A stretch of DNA of 64,000 nt from Stylophora pistillata. Taxonomy: Eukaryota. The DNA lies in assembly GCF_002571385.2 (NCBI RefSeq), contig NW_019217890.1, positions 94,282 through 158,281 on the forward strand. Reading direction: 5' to 3'. The position numbers and the translations under genes were made by a program. A model generated the notes under the pieces. That model did not search any database and was not told the DNA's origin. It worked only from the letters and a program-made list of their open reading frames with translations. This document shows positions 37,801 through 49,536 of the stretch, one piece after another. Position 1 is the first letter of the stretch. The number at the start of each line of letters is the position of its first letter.

Positions 37801-40800
37801 TTCAATGAGGTCGAACGGCGGTTCTCCATCGACCATCCAATCAGAGAGGTACTTACCGATGCCACCTGAGGAAAGAATAAAAAATAAAAGCAAAGAAACG
37901 GGAAGTGAAAAATGAAAACACAAGGTTTAATGGATTGGGTCACGCATGCATAGGTTACAAAATTTAACGCAAAAACCAACAGTTTATACTATACTATTTA
38001 TACAGTAATAAACCCCAACAATGGCTGAAGATAGTTGAAAGTATCAATGCAAGTGCACTTTAGTTTGCTTTACGCCGGCAAACACGTCATTTCTCTGAGT
38101 TTGAACCATATGGTTTGCTTCTGCTGTCAATTCTGGCTGTCAATTAAGGCAACAAATAACGAAATGGAGTGTTTTCTTTAAAACTTGGAGCTATCATAGA
38201 GTTCAATTTTAATGCGCATAGAGTTCAATTTTAATGCGCTATATAAGAACTTATTATTAAATCATGATTTTGAACGGTGCAATTATGTTTCACACGGTGA
38301 TGTTATTTTATCTTTTTAATCTCCTTTGCCGATTGTCATTTACCTGCGAGACCGATCCCGTAACCCGTCCCGAGAGCTAGCCACATATTAGGTACCTCTG
38401 GATCGGGACCAAGCAAGGGAATGGCGTCGGGCGCGTAAGTTATAGGCCCTGAAACGCTACTTATTATTTCGGCATTGGCGAGCACTGGTGTTCTCTTCAT
38501 TGAGTTGGTTATGTAATCACTGATGCGGTCTATATCACTTTCAAATAACTCCTTTCCAAATCCCTCAGGGACAGAGTCCCACCTTTGAGAAACAGACAAA
38601 ATAAATGAATAAGGTTTTTTGCCATAGTTTTGCCCGAGAATTTTAGATAATTGTCAGATTAAACACGAGCTAGCTTGTTTGGTTCTCACCACCCTTCCTC
38701 CATTTTCATTTCGTCTGCGCTTTCATAGGGACCAAACAGAATGCCTTGCTTTTCCTGACGAGAGTAAACTGAACCTTCTAGGTCCCTCATGAAAGGAAGC
38801 TCCTTCTTCAAACTTGCCACTTCAGGGATCGACCCCGTCACGAGAAACTGGTGATGAACCACACCTAAAGAAAGTTCGGCTCCTACCATGCAACCAATCT
38901 CTCTGCCCCAAAAACCTGGAAACAAAAGGACGATGTTGCTTAACAGCGTGACTATAAATGTCAAAGAAAACAGATTAACCTAAAATTTTCAGTGACGCAG
39001 ATAATTACCTGCTGCATTAACAACATGTTTAGCTCTTATTGTGCCGTGCGGTGTTGTCACGTCCCATTTACCATCAGATCTGAAGTTCAATCCTGTGACT
39101 GGGGCTGGCATGTATATTTCGGCCCCGTACATCCGCGCCCCTTTCGCGAGGGCCTGTGTCAAGGAATACGGATCAATGTAGCCATCCTCTGAAAAGTAAA
39201 TTTTCAAACTTTCTGTCGTGTATTAAATTTATATGCAAGGAATTGAAAATATTGATTGGTTCCTGAATAGTCTTCCGGGAAATATCCGACTGTATTTCCT
39301 TTATTTCCGTTTTCTTGCGTACCTTTAAATGACCAGATGCAAGAAACAATGTTCATCCTCTCCTACCCTTTGTTACATTTTCGCGACTTTAATACCCACC
39401 GGGGAAGTACAAAGCTCCTAAGACATCGTCGACATTCAGAAGAGGATGCAATTGAGCTACTTCCTCTGTCGTGATTAATCTTTGTGGTGCCTTCATCCAA
39501 CCGTGCCTTTGCATCTGATACTTTGCCTCTTCCAGTCTCTCCGGCGTTGTACAAATCCTAATGCTGCCACACATGTGAAACCCGACGTCCTGTATAAAAA
39601 TGCGTTTAATTGAGAACTAAGTTCAATAGTCAGAGAAGTGGAGTCTGCACGTCGACCCAATCATATGCGTTTGTCTTAGCTAAGACAGTTCACTCTCACT
39701 GTATCTTTACCCAATAAAATGAATACCGGTGGAATATTAGGTAGGCCCGATAAAATATTGGGAATTGCAGATCTGCGAAGCACTAATATCAGAATCCCGC
39801 TAAGAAGTGATCTTCACAAATATCATTCTGTTATATTTTGTGAAACCTATGCCCCTTTACCACTTTTATTCAGCATTGCCTACATGAGAGGGTGTTGCTT
39901 TGCACTTCAGCCGTGGCATATTGTAATGGAATGAAACAGGCGTTACGAAAGGGATAACACAGTGAATCATCTGCTGCAAGAAAGACAAAGAGAAGATCGT
40001 ACCTACGAACCTGCGTTCCCCGTAAGACCTTCTCCCTAGGTTGACAAAACCTTAACGCAACACACGAGGTACACATAGCGCTATTGTTACGAGACTATAT
40101 CTGATAAGTCAAAGTTAACCCAAGACAGATTATCATCGGGATAAGGCCTCTGTGGAGAATTCAGTCTTTCTGCTGAGTCTTCTCTCGATGTGACATTTGA
40201 AAATAAAGGAATTCTAAGTGTTCCCATGATCAGTCTAACCTGTCCAGTTTCCTGTCCTAGCTGTTTGTACAAGGACATGCTATGATGAGTTAGAGGCTTC
40301 ATGTTTACCACCGGATTATAGTGAGACGTAACACCAGCCTGGAAATAAAAAAAAAAGAAAACTTAGGCTACAAACAAACCTCTCACTTTGTTGCTTTTAT
40401 TTAAAGCACCGTCGACGGGGCGTTTAATTACGGTCGCTTGAAATGAGTGTCGCTTCTAGCTGAGGAATATGGAAGACAAAGCCTTTCCTATTTGCAAACA
40501 AATTTTTAATTCAACCGCGATTAATAACTCGTGTCAACGTCTCTTTTTTTAGCGAACCAGTACTTCAAGATTAGTTAGCCTCATTTTGACATATTGTTTC
40601 GTGGATTTCCTTTTCTACTCCAATAAATTCTGTCCTTACGCAACCATCTTGAGAACTTAATGCTTACAAATGGCATTTTCTTTCTCTCTTAGACATTACC
40701 GAGTGCCAAGTTGAGCCAGCTGTGAGTTCTGACTTCTCCAGTAAGATCACGTCTTTCATTCCAGCTTTGGCCAAGTGATAAGCAATACTAGTGCCTAGGA

Positions 40801-40862
40801 CTCCCCCGCCGATAATAACAGCCTCACCATCCTCTTTCAGTTGTTTACTCAGCTTTTGTTCA
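31830..40862 (-). CDS. DMGDH: Dimethylglycine dehydrogenase (FAD-dependent oxidoreductase + aminomethyltransferase/THF domain); 5' exon not found, possibly in gap 40990-41566
   Basis: Exons 40862-40700 ([16 protein letters not shown]), 40338-40240, 39589-39400, 39188-39009 ([16 protein letters not shown]), 38915-38690 (RDLEGS..LFGPYE), 38582-38344 ([19 protein letters not shown]), 37865-37654, 36767-36510 ([16 protein letters not shown]), 36027-35897, 35037-34820, 34251-34094 (GELGWEL..LRLEKG), 32453-32394, 32301-32167, 32066-31830. All GT-AG and in frame. Confidence 0.93.
32504..33849 (+). mobile_element. 5'-truncated Penelope-like retrotransposon with GIY-YIG endonuclease and inverted pseudo-LTR, in a DMGDH intron
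   Basis: ORF 32948-33697 encodes RT thumb ([16 protein letters not shown]) and GIY-YIG ([31 protein letters not shown]....PTLN). 32502-32688 is the reverse complement of ~33641-33828. 13-bp TSD TTTAATAATGAAA at 32491-32503 and 33850-33862. Confidence 0.92.
35260..35503. mobile_element. MITE
   Basis: Imperfect TIRs CAGGGTCCAGTTGTTCGAAG ... CTTTGAACAACCGGGCCCAG. Confidence 0.65.
35552..35892 (+). mobile_element. tRNA-derived SINE with (TGTA)n tail, antisense to DMGDH
   Basis: A-box GGTTAGCTCAATTGGTTAGAGC, B-box-like GGTTCGCTCCCC, and 3' end GGGAGTGGTCAATTAACGTATGTATGTA. A partial copy lies at ~43985-44110. Confidence 0.8.
37180..37505. mobile_element. MITE with long (~65-bp) imperfect TIRs and CAG...CTG ends
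   Basis: CAGGAGCCCATTACCCGGAGCTTCCATCT...CCCTGTCCCGTATCTTT and AAAGATACGGGACAGGG...AGATGGAAGCTCCGGGTAATGGGCTCCTG. Flanks GTGTTAG/GTGTTTG resemble a decayed TSD. Confidence 0.8.
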
Positions 40863-43800
40863 CTACAATGCAAGAATAAGGTAAAGTCCAATACATAAGC
40901 ATCCGGTATATCTCATAATTCAGGCGTATTCCAAAATTAATTAAGTCTGTATGATGACATAAATCATTGACGAAGTGAAGAATATTCCCNNNNNNNNNNN
41001 NNNNNNNNNNNNNNNNNNNNNNNNNNNNNNNNNNNNNNNNNNNNNNNNNNNNNNNNNNNNNNNNNNNNNNNNNNNNNNNNNNNNNNNNNNNNNNNNNNNN
41101 NNNNNNNNNNNNNNNNNNNNNNNNNNNNNNNNNNNNNNNNNNNNNNNNNNNNNNNNNNNNNNNNNNNNNNNNNNNNNNNNNNNNNNNNNNNNNNNNNNNN
41201 NNNNNNNNNNNNNNNNNNNNNNNNNNNNNNNNNNNNNNNNNNNNNNNNNNNNNNNNNNNNNNNNNNNNNNNNNNNNNNNNNNNNNNNNNNNNNNNNNNNN
41301 NNNNNNNNNNNNNNNNNNNNNNNNNNNNNNNNNNNNNNNNNNNNNNNNNNNNNNNNNNNNNNNNNNNNNNNNNNNNNNNNNNNNNNNNNNNNNNNNNNNN
41401 NNNNNNNNNNNNNNNNNNNNNNNNNNNNNNNNNNNNNNNNNNNNNNNNNNNNNNNNNNNNNNNNNNNNNNNNNNNNNNNNNNNNNNNNNNNNNNNNNNNN
41501 NNNNNNNNNNNNNNNNNNNNNNNNNNNNNNNNNNNNNNNNNNNNNNNNNNNNNNNNNNNNNNNNNNACCCAAGTACCACTGACATATTCTACGATAGCAA
41601 TCACGTGCATCGTTACAAAAGTGAGCTGAGGTCAAGCGGTTTTGAAGCTTTAGATTTGTCTGCCCGTTATCTTTTTGTTCTCTTATCATGATCATTAATC
41701 ATTCGAGTGATTCTCATGCGAGCTATTCAGCTGGATGGGTCGATTAGCTTGCTCAACCGTGAACGAAATGCATTCACTTTGCGAACTCCAACAATATTCA
41801 TACATTTGCAACCATTTTACTCGCACCATTGATCACTTTATATACCACAGAAGCTCATGTTAAAAAATTATCTTGCATTCGTTTAGATTTTCAACTTACT
41901 TTATTAGGTTTCCATGCCAAATGAAAATAAATCACGCAATGGATTAAATACCAGTCTGTTTTTCCGAGACACGCGGTATCGCTGTCAACCGGTTTTGTGC
42001 AGCCTTCGTGCGGATCGTTCGACTCTTCTAAAGGTTCTGAAGTATCCCCATCGCTGTCATATAAGTTTAAGGCATTCGAGTCACTCTCTTCTGAAAAAAC
42101 ATCGTCCGAGCTGCCTTATCGATTCTATGGAGGAAACTGTGTTGCGCAATATTTTAGTTCCACCGCTTACGTCACGACTCCTCGGTATTGTTTTCACCAG
42201 AAGTGGAATTTCAGTTAAAAATGCCGATTTCTCCTTAAAAGAAGTCGAATTGGGAAAAACGAATTGCAAATTCGTATTCTAAACCACTTTTTACATAGTG
42301 TAAGAAAAACATGTATTTTTGGGTTTACATGCCCTTTAAAATATTTGTTTATGTAAAGTTAAGCTTACGTTCATAATTAAACCATCTGCTATAAGTTACA
42401 GTTTTTATTAGATAGGGATCTTCTTATAAAAGCTCAGTAGAACTTGCTAAGATCTCCAGCCATAATATTATAGCTTATTTTAGCAGGCTTATAATTAAAG
42501 CTATGTAATTCAATGACAAATAAAAAGCATAGCGTGACAAAGCGTGACAAACAATTCTAGAATAAGCTTTGATTACTTTGGGTATCCGCGAAAATAAGTT
42601 CCTACTACGTGTCGCATGGAATATGGAAACTTGTTCGTGCTTTCCGTCTAAAAACACGTAGGAACAGTAGTTCTGCAGGATTTACGTAAGTGTTCTCCCA
42701 AAGTTGTTTATGCCAAGGGAAACTCGTATTATCTTCTATATCTTGTATCACGTATGATTTAGCTACCATTATGTATAAAAGAACCTTGAATCAAGCAATA
42801 AAGTAGATTCAGTTGATTGTAAAGCAGTTGAGTGTCCTCCACCCAGTGTGTGAGCTCGCGGTATACCCAACGTTTGCCTAAGCATCGAAACAGCTCGACG
42901 CTAATCGAAATTATATGACATATTGTTTAATAACGTAGCCAATATTGTATACGGTTTGTGCTGCATCCTATCGAAAAATTAAATATTGCCGTTAGTTTAC
43001 TAAGGGTTACTAAGGCCAGATGGACTTGTAATCAACCTCTTCTAATGCTTTGCTGGCCCTTAAACGTGGCTGTTACGTGACCGCTTATGGAAATTCAACC
43101 GAACTTCATTTTCTAATCTCCTACGGCATTAGACTGTTTTACCTCGAGTCTTGAGAAGAAGAGTTCAAGCCAAATCGACCAGTCGACAAAACTCTTGAGT
43201 CAGCTTTCCTAAATTTTTCTCTCAACGCGGCACGATATATCGGGGTCCAAGTCGAACGCGATCGTAACAAGCTTGACATGATGAACAAGACAACTAAGAC
43301 ACATTCACCTCAGGAAGTTAAATATTGCACATCTTTGTCGATCTTTGAATTCAACTGAACAACGTAGCCTGTGCTCAAGGGAATAAAATTATATATAGCT
43401 GGCTAGACTGTCTTTGAAAGTCAACAATTGTGCATCAACTGTGACAATCCCTGTCAAACCGGTTTTTTTTTTCCTGCATGCAAGGCTTAAGTCACACAAA
43501 CGAGTACATCAAGAATAGTTAATTTTCACTGGGTACCGTTTCTCAGAATTCTTCTATCAAAAAATGACTTGAAACTAATGTATAGCAGTGTATCTGCAAC
43601 GTTAAACGATCTTCAGCAGTTGTATTTTGAAAGATATGAGTTGCCTAAAGATATCGGTACCATGGCAATATCTTAAGAGCCACCAACCATAAATATCTAT
43701 GGAGAGGCTGTCTGCCATATATATCATCATCTTGAAGCTTTATTCTTCTAGTTAATTTCCTCCAATTATCTATATTGCCCCACGCGCGGCGTCTGGGTGA

Positions 43801-45229
43801 AAAATCATCAAACAATGCCAACCGTACAAAAACATTACTAAGAAATGTAATTTATGTCTTTTTGAAAAATTCACGATATGCAAAAAGGAACTTTGCAGTC
43901 TAAACAAGCGAAATGGGCTAGCAAGTTCATGCCCCCATAGAAACAGATACCTCCCAAGAACTTCATAATAAAGTAACAATCTCCGATTCTCGGATAGGGA
44001 CGAATAACTGGAGGTCCCTCCTCCAGCAGGGTTGGGGTAGGAGACGTTAATTTCCCACACACGAGATTACTGTTTGATGGAATATCCTTTCCTGGGGTGG
44101 GATGGGTGGGAAGGTGAGATCGATAGACTCAGGTGGCTGCCAGAGGCGCCTGATATGCTGACGTCTGTTCTCAACCTTACACTGCGCTCGTATTTCAGCC
44201 TCTGGGCTGCAAGTGGTCAGATATAAACTATATTCATATTCATATATTCGATTATACATACCAGTCACCTGACTTATATGGAAAAGAAGCGTTGTTTTCA
44301 TATCTCCTAGCAACCGTATTCCAGCTTTTACAGCCAGTCATTGTAATTTACCGGTCAATCGTTGAAATTACCTGATGGGTGTGGTCATAGTTTCGTCCCT
44401 ACGAAACAGAGCTGTCGTAATAAAACGATGAACTTCCTCTAAAGTCTTGAACTAGTTTGTTATAATTACCAATGCTCCTCCAAGAGTTGAGCACTCTTTG
44501 AAATACATTCAAATCAAGTGCTTAACGCACGAAACTCAGAGTTGCAGCGAATCATGTGTGTTTCCTTCTAGTCACTTAATGTTATATATATATATATTTA
44601 TAAATCAAGATAGACGTCATCTTAAAGCTTTATCCTAGTAGTTTAAGTCCTCAAAGTTTCTTTCTTGGCCCGCCATAAGAAGTGCGTCAATGTTGAAGAG
44701 AGTTTGGGCTATCGTGACATTAAATGTGATGCGATCCGTTGACGGCTGTCACGCAAGAGGTCATCACATCTCGCACCCTCTCAGACATATCAAGCTTGAC
44801 TTTATCGATCAGTGGGAGCTTTCCTCCATAGACGGGTAACTTTAACAGGTATCATCATTTTATCGTGTTCCTTGCACCAAATTCTTCTCGCCCCAAATTG
44901 TGTGTAACGTACAATTCTCGCTTGAAGAAACCGAAGGAGGAGTAGAGCATTAAAAGCAAGCTATAGCCCTGCAAGACTACTGAAATGATGCCTTCTCCGT
45001 TTTCTAGAAATTTCATCATCCTCGTCATCTGGGTTGAATTACATTTTACAGAAATCTACTGGAAATAGAGATAAGAGAAGAGCTAGTTGGCAGACATTTC
45101 ACCCTTGGAGCTTCAAACCACCCCCTTCCTAAAAAAAAACAATAACGAAACACGAAACAAAACAAAACAAAACAAAACAGAAGAAACAAACAAACAAACA
45201 AAAACCAGGGTAGATCTGAGTCTATTTAA

Positions 45230-45712
45230 GATTTCCATTCCTTTTTCTCAGTTTCTAAGACTTCGTCGTTTATGTAGTGATGACTCTGATTTCCACCACA
45301 AATCAGAGTCAATGTGCCAGTTTTTCGATAAACATGGTTACCCTGTTTCTGTCGTTCAAGCGGGTTACCACCGCGCCCAACTTATTGATCGACATTCAGC
45401 ACTACAAACATCGCATAAGGAAGATTCCAACGGCATTCCATTCACTCTCATGTTTCACCCTCACAACCACTCAGCCAGCTAAATTCATCATTCTTAAAAA
45501 CTTTAAATTACTTCAAAACGATCCAGAGACAAGCACTATCTTTTCGCAGCCCTCCGCTCGTTTCATTCAAACGCGACAAAAACATAGGCAATTTTTTGGT
45601 CAGAAGTTCTTTTCAGACTAATGACCAACCAGGCACTTTTAAATGCGCTCGTGCACGATGCAAAACGTGTCCTTTCATTCACAACACTGATAAAATATCG
45701 GGACCTAAACGN
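45230..45712 (+). mobile_element. Penelope-like retroelement internal fragment (RT thumb to linker)
   Basis: SIPFSQFLRLRRLCSDDSDF..FFDKHGYP..IPFTLMFHP, then frameshifted ILKNFKLLQNDPET and a C..C..C segment. Confidence 0.8.
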
Positions 45713-46634
45713 NNGACATGATAAGAAAAGACAAATCTGCATGAAACGAAACCACTTTTTCAATGATAGATGGCTAAGTTTTAAGTTTGTATACATTTTC
45801 TCAGATCTGAAAACTAACACCACGTCGCGTAGAAGTGATACAGAACTTATCCAAAAAAGTTTAGATTAAATTAAGATGTTTTAACTTATAAGAGAAAACG
45901 GTGGAAAATTAACATGCCTCTGATGTTTTTATCCCTCAGGAATAAAAATTAATCCTCAAACACAACTCCTTTAACTGAAGAATAATTCTTTTAATCATAG
46001 TTTTGTCTTGTTTGTTTACTTAAGGCGAAAAAACTCAAATTATCGAACTGTCACATTCCACACTCGTAGTTCACAATTCAGGGGGAATCAACGATTTAGA
46101 ATGCAACGGCGTATATATCTTTAGCAGCAAGAAAATTTCCTTGAGGCGGTGACAAGTTTCGAAAATGGTCACGCCTAGGTCCTCAGTCAATCGTAAATTC
46201 CTTGTGGTCTGTTTTATGGATAACTTATGACGATGTGGCTGACCAGCTAACATAGAAAACCCCATACAAAGAACAAACTATTACTGCGGGGAAAGGAATA
46301 CGAAATACCCTTATTTACAATTTCTTTTGAAATCAATAATGAAATGACATCGCTATAGTAAAATTTGTGATATTTCCAGGTTTGCCAGTCGCATCAAGAT
46401 CTGAGAGACATTCATACAGTCATACAATCGTACACCTCTTTACTTATTTTCTTTCGATCTATAAATATCTTCATTTGATAATCTCCCGAATTTTCATCAT
46501 CCATCTATTTACTTGTCTATATTGAAAGAGAAAACATACAAAAAAATCTAACGAGTCGAGCTGAAAGGTCATACAAAGATTGCTCCATCGCTTCAAAAAA
46601 AATCTCACAAAAAAGACTCCTAACATCTAACCTG

Positions 46635-49536
46635 CTAATAATCAGTCAGCTTCAGTGCTGTTACAATGGTAACAATTGAAGTGAAACTATATCGTGAGCG
46701 CCAGTTGTTTCCTTTACTTTCTGACACGGCCACAAGGCTACTTCTGCTTGTTTTGAAAAACCACACGTCACCTCGATATACCAAAGTCGACTTTACTACA
46801 GAATCTACGCGCCAGAAGTATTTGGTCAGAGGCTCCAGAGTTGTCCTCAGATGTAGTACATTCCCACCATCTACAACCGATCCAAGGTACTCGGGCGAGT
46901 AAAGTGAAGCGCTGTTAACCCTCTCCTTATCAGTTCCAAAATAAACACGATGAACAGACGTTCCGTATCCATTCAGCCACATAAGAGTGTCCCTCCGATC
47001 TGGTCTTATCTTCACACTATGGTCAGGGGGGACAGGCGTACTAGCTTTGAATAGCTGCCGTCCCGGTATCCAGTAGTTTGTCAACTCGGGGTGATAGCTG
47101 TACGGTCCAACATTGTGCCCTATGTACGTGGAATTGGATAAAGGCCGAAAGTCGAAGTTATCCGGATCGACCAGTTGATCTCTAACATTTCCAATTACGT
47201 TGAACTTCACAACACTCCCGGCCAAAGGGTACAACTCTCCTCCGTGTTTGCCACCGTTTGCCTTATCAGCTGCGTTAAACATGACTACAGTTCCGTTGTT
47301 GATCGGCACAGGGTTTTCGCGAACATAACGTAAAACACACAAGGAACATTTATCACCTTGGTGGTCACCGTCTTTTTCGTTTCTTTTATCAAACACAAGG
47401 TTCTGCTGCACTGTGTGATTGTCTCCTTTTACCATCATACCGTTACATTTCCATACCACTTTACTGTGCATTGTTCCATTACGTCCAACCGGCAGAGGGG
47501 GTTGTCCGTCAAATCTCACACCGTACTTAACACTAGAATGCACCCAGTTTTGCTGCAGAATTGCATGCGTTTGCGATTTGATTTGTAATTGAACGTGGCT
47601 GCCGTCATGCTGAAAGGTTATCAAAAAACAAAGTGAATGAATGCCGAAAGGTAGTATAGACTCGAAATTCATCCATCCTTGCCTTATGACAAATAGGGGA
47701 CTCAACTCAAGAGCTTCAAGATTGCAGAATTGCATAAAAGGGGTTTATGTTTCCAAATCACGACAGCGACTATCGCCCTCGGCGATCGCAGATCCTGCCC
47801 AATGAAAACCAAAATTTTGACCACGGCTAATGGCTTTGTGAAACAAGTTTCAAGTACAGTGAAAATACGACGTTCTTCACACGTCAAAAGTATCCAGCTG
47901 CTTAGAATTTGAATGAAATTAATCGTTTCTTAAAATACTTATTAGACTTCTTTCATCGGAATAAAATGTCTTAAGGACCAATACCAATTAAAGCTAGTTT
48001 ATTGTGGCGTCAAACTCAAACCACAGGTGACGCCAGTTTCGAAAATGCAACCCCTCCTATATATGGTGGTAGTGGGCGAGCGCGGTTACTTCGAATTCCG
48101 AGCCACCCCCTCCCCCCTTGAATATAGACAGGTGATAGAGATAATGATCTCGTTCTCTATGACGATCTGAATTTCACAACGAAAATACTTCTGGCCAAGA
48201 AAAGAGGAGTAGTTACCTGTATAATACCCCAGCATTGATGGTGCAAATGATTAAGCCGCACTGTGGGCCGCAGACCAGGTCTTATGCCACTGCTGGCTCC
48301 GTTGTACCGCAAGGTGTTTCTCACAAAAATGTCGCCAATCCCATTAGAAATAACTGTGCCGAGCCCTCCACTCCTGTAAACCATGTTTGCTGCAGTCCAG
48401 TCGTTGTACTCGAACAAGTTGTTTTCCAGAGTCACATCCAAACCGCTAAACTCTAAGGCAGCACCATCGGTACCCAAGAAAGTGTTGTTGAAAACCGTCA
48501 AAGTATTTAAAGTAATTTTCTTTGTATTCGCGTTCATTTTAGTCCATTCAGCTGGAGCAGTGTCGCCAAGCATTCGTCGCGTATACGACGGGTAGTTGAA
48601 GATGATTGAGTGGAAAGTCAAGTTATTCACTGTATTCTCTTCATCTATTGTTGAGGCCCACAGCGTTGTTCCAAAGAACTTCAGCGTTTGGAAAACCACG
48701 TGACTACAATTGGTAATGTTAAATGCGTACGTCATCACTTTACCTCTGACGTCACGTCCCTCAGGGGATTTACCATCTCCCGTCATTACAAATACTGTTC
48801 TAGAGGCTTTGTCGTAAAACCACTCCTCGGGTTGGTCAAGAAATTCCAGCTTGTCTTCAAGAAAATATTGATTGGCTCCAGGAAAGAACTTGATGCGACC
48901 AAATGTGTCCCTGTAAGTGAATGATGCATTCCCGGGATTGTGACTTTGAACTACGGCTGTGAAGGTATTAAAACTCCCAATGTTAAGAACTGCCATAGCA
49001 CCCGTCGCGTTGAGACCGCTTCCGGCCAAGTCCTTTGAGCCATCATCCACCATAACACCTCGTGTGGACAAGGTGGACGACTTCGCCCAGTAGCTGGCGT
49101 TGAATACCGTTTTGTTGGACCACAGTGCGTTTGGCCAGCGAGCATTTGTCATCATCTCACCATCGATAAATAACTGCCAGATCTCTTGGTCTACGACAGC
49201 CTTAAAAGCGCCACTGTCATCTTTCACCCACCCTCCCTTAGGCTGTAGTTGAACGGTACCATCGATGATGGGATATTCGTCCTCGATTCCACTTATGATA
49301 ATTGGTTTTTCAGGGGTACCGTGTTTGTTCGTGACAGTCACGCGCTCGTGGTAACCCCCTCTGGGAATAATGCATTCATCTCCCGGGGCAGTAAGCTGGT
49401 CAACACATGATTGAATGGTTGTAAATTTAGACCGAATGGTGGTAAATGTGAAAGAACCTTCGTAAGAGCAGCCAATAAACAGACTACTCATACAGATAAA
49501 AAATAGTAACGAATTCTGACTTGTATAACGGGCCAT
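46635..49536 (-). CDS. Secreted bacterial-like right-handed beta-helix (pectin lyase-like fold) protein with C-terminal FN3-like module, ~764 aa, 2 coding exons
   Basis: Exons 49536-48217 and 47609-46635 (phase 0, ..WGIIQ|HDGSHVQ..). Hydrophobic signal peptide; TIQSCVDQLTAPGDECIIPRGGYHERV..GTPEKPIII; QLFIDGEMMTNARWPN; YFLEDKLEFLDQPEEWFYD; Asn/Gly beta-helix-like repeats; DFRPLSNS; HRVYFG..LEPLTKYFWRVD..GDVWFFKT. Acceptor ttacag just before the ATG and a candidate donor near 50253 imply a 5' UTR intron. Confidence 0.82.

Noticed and set aside
40849-41695. Long ORFs of 214-253 aa
   Set aside because: They span the N gap, and the flanking translations show no recognisable protein. The DMGDH first exon could not be placed.
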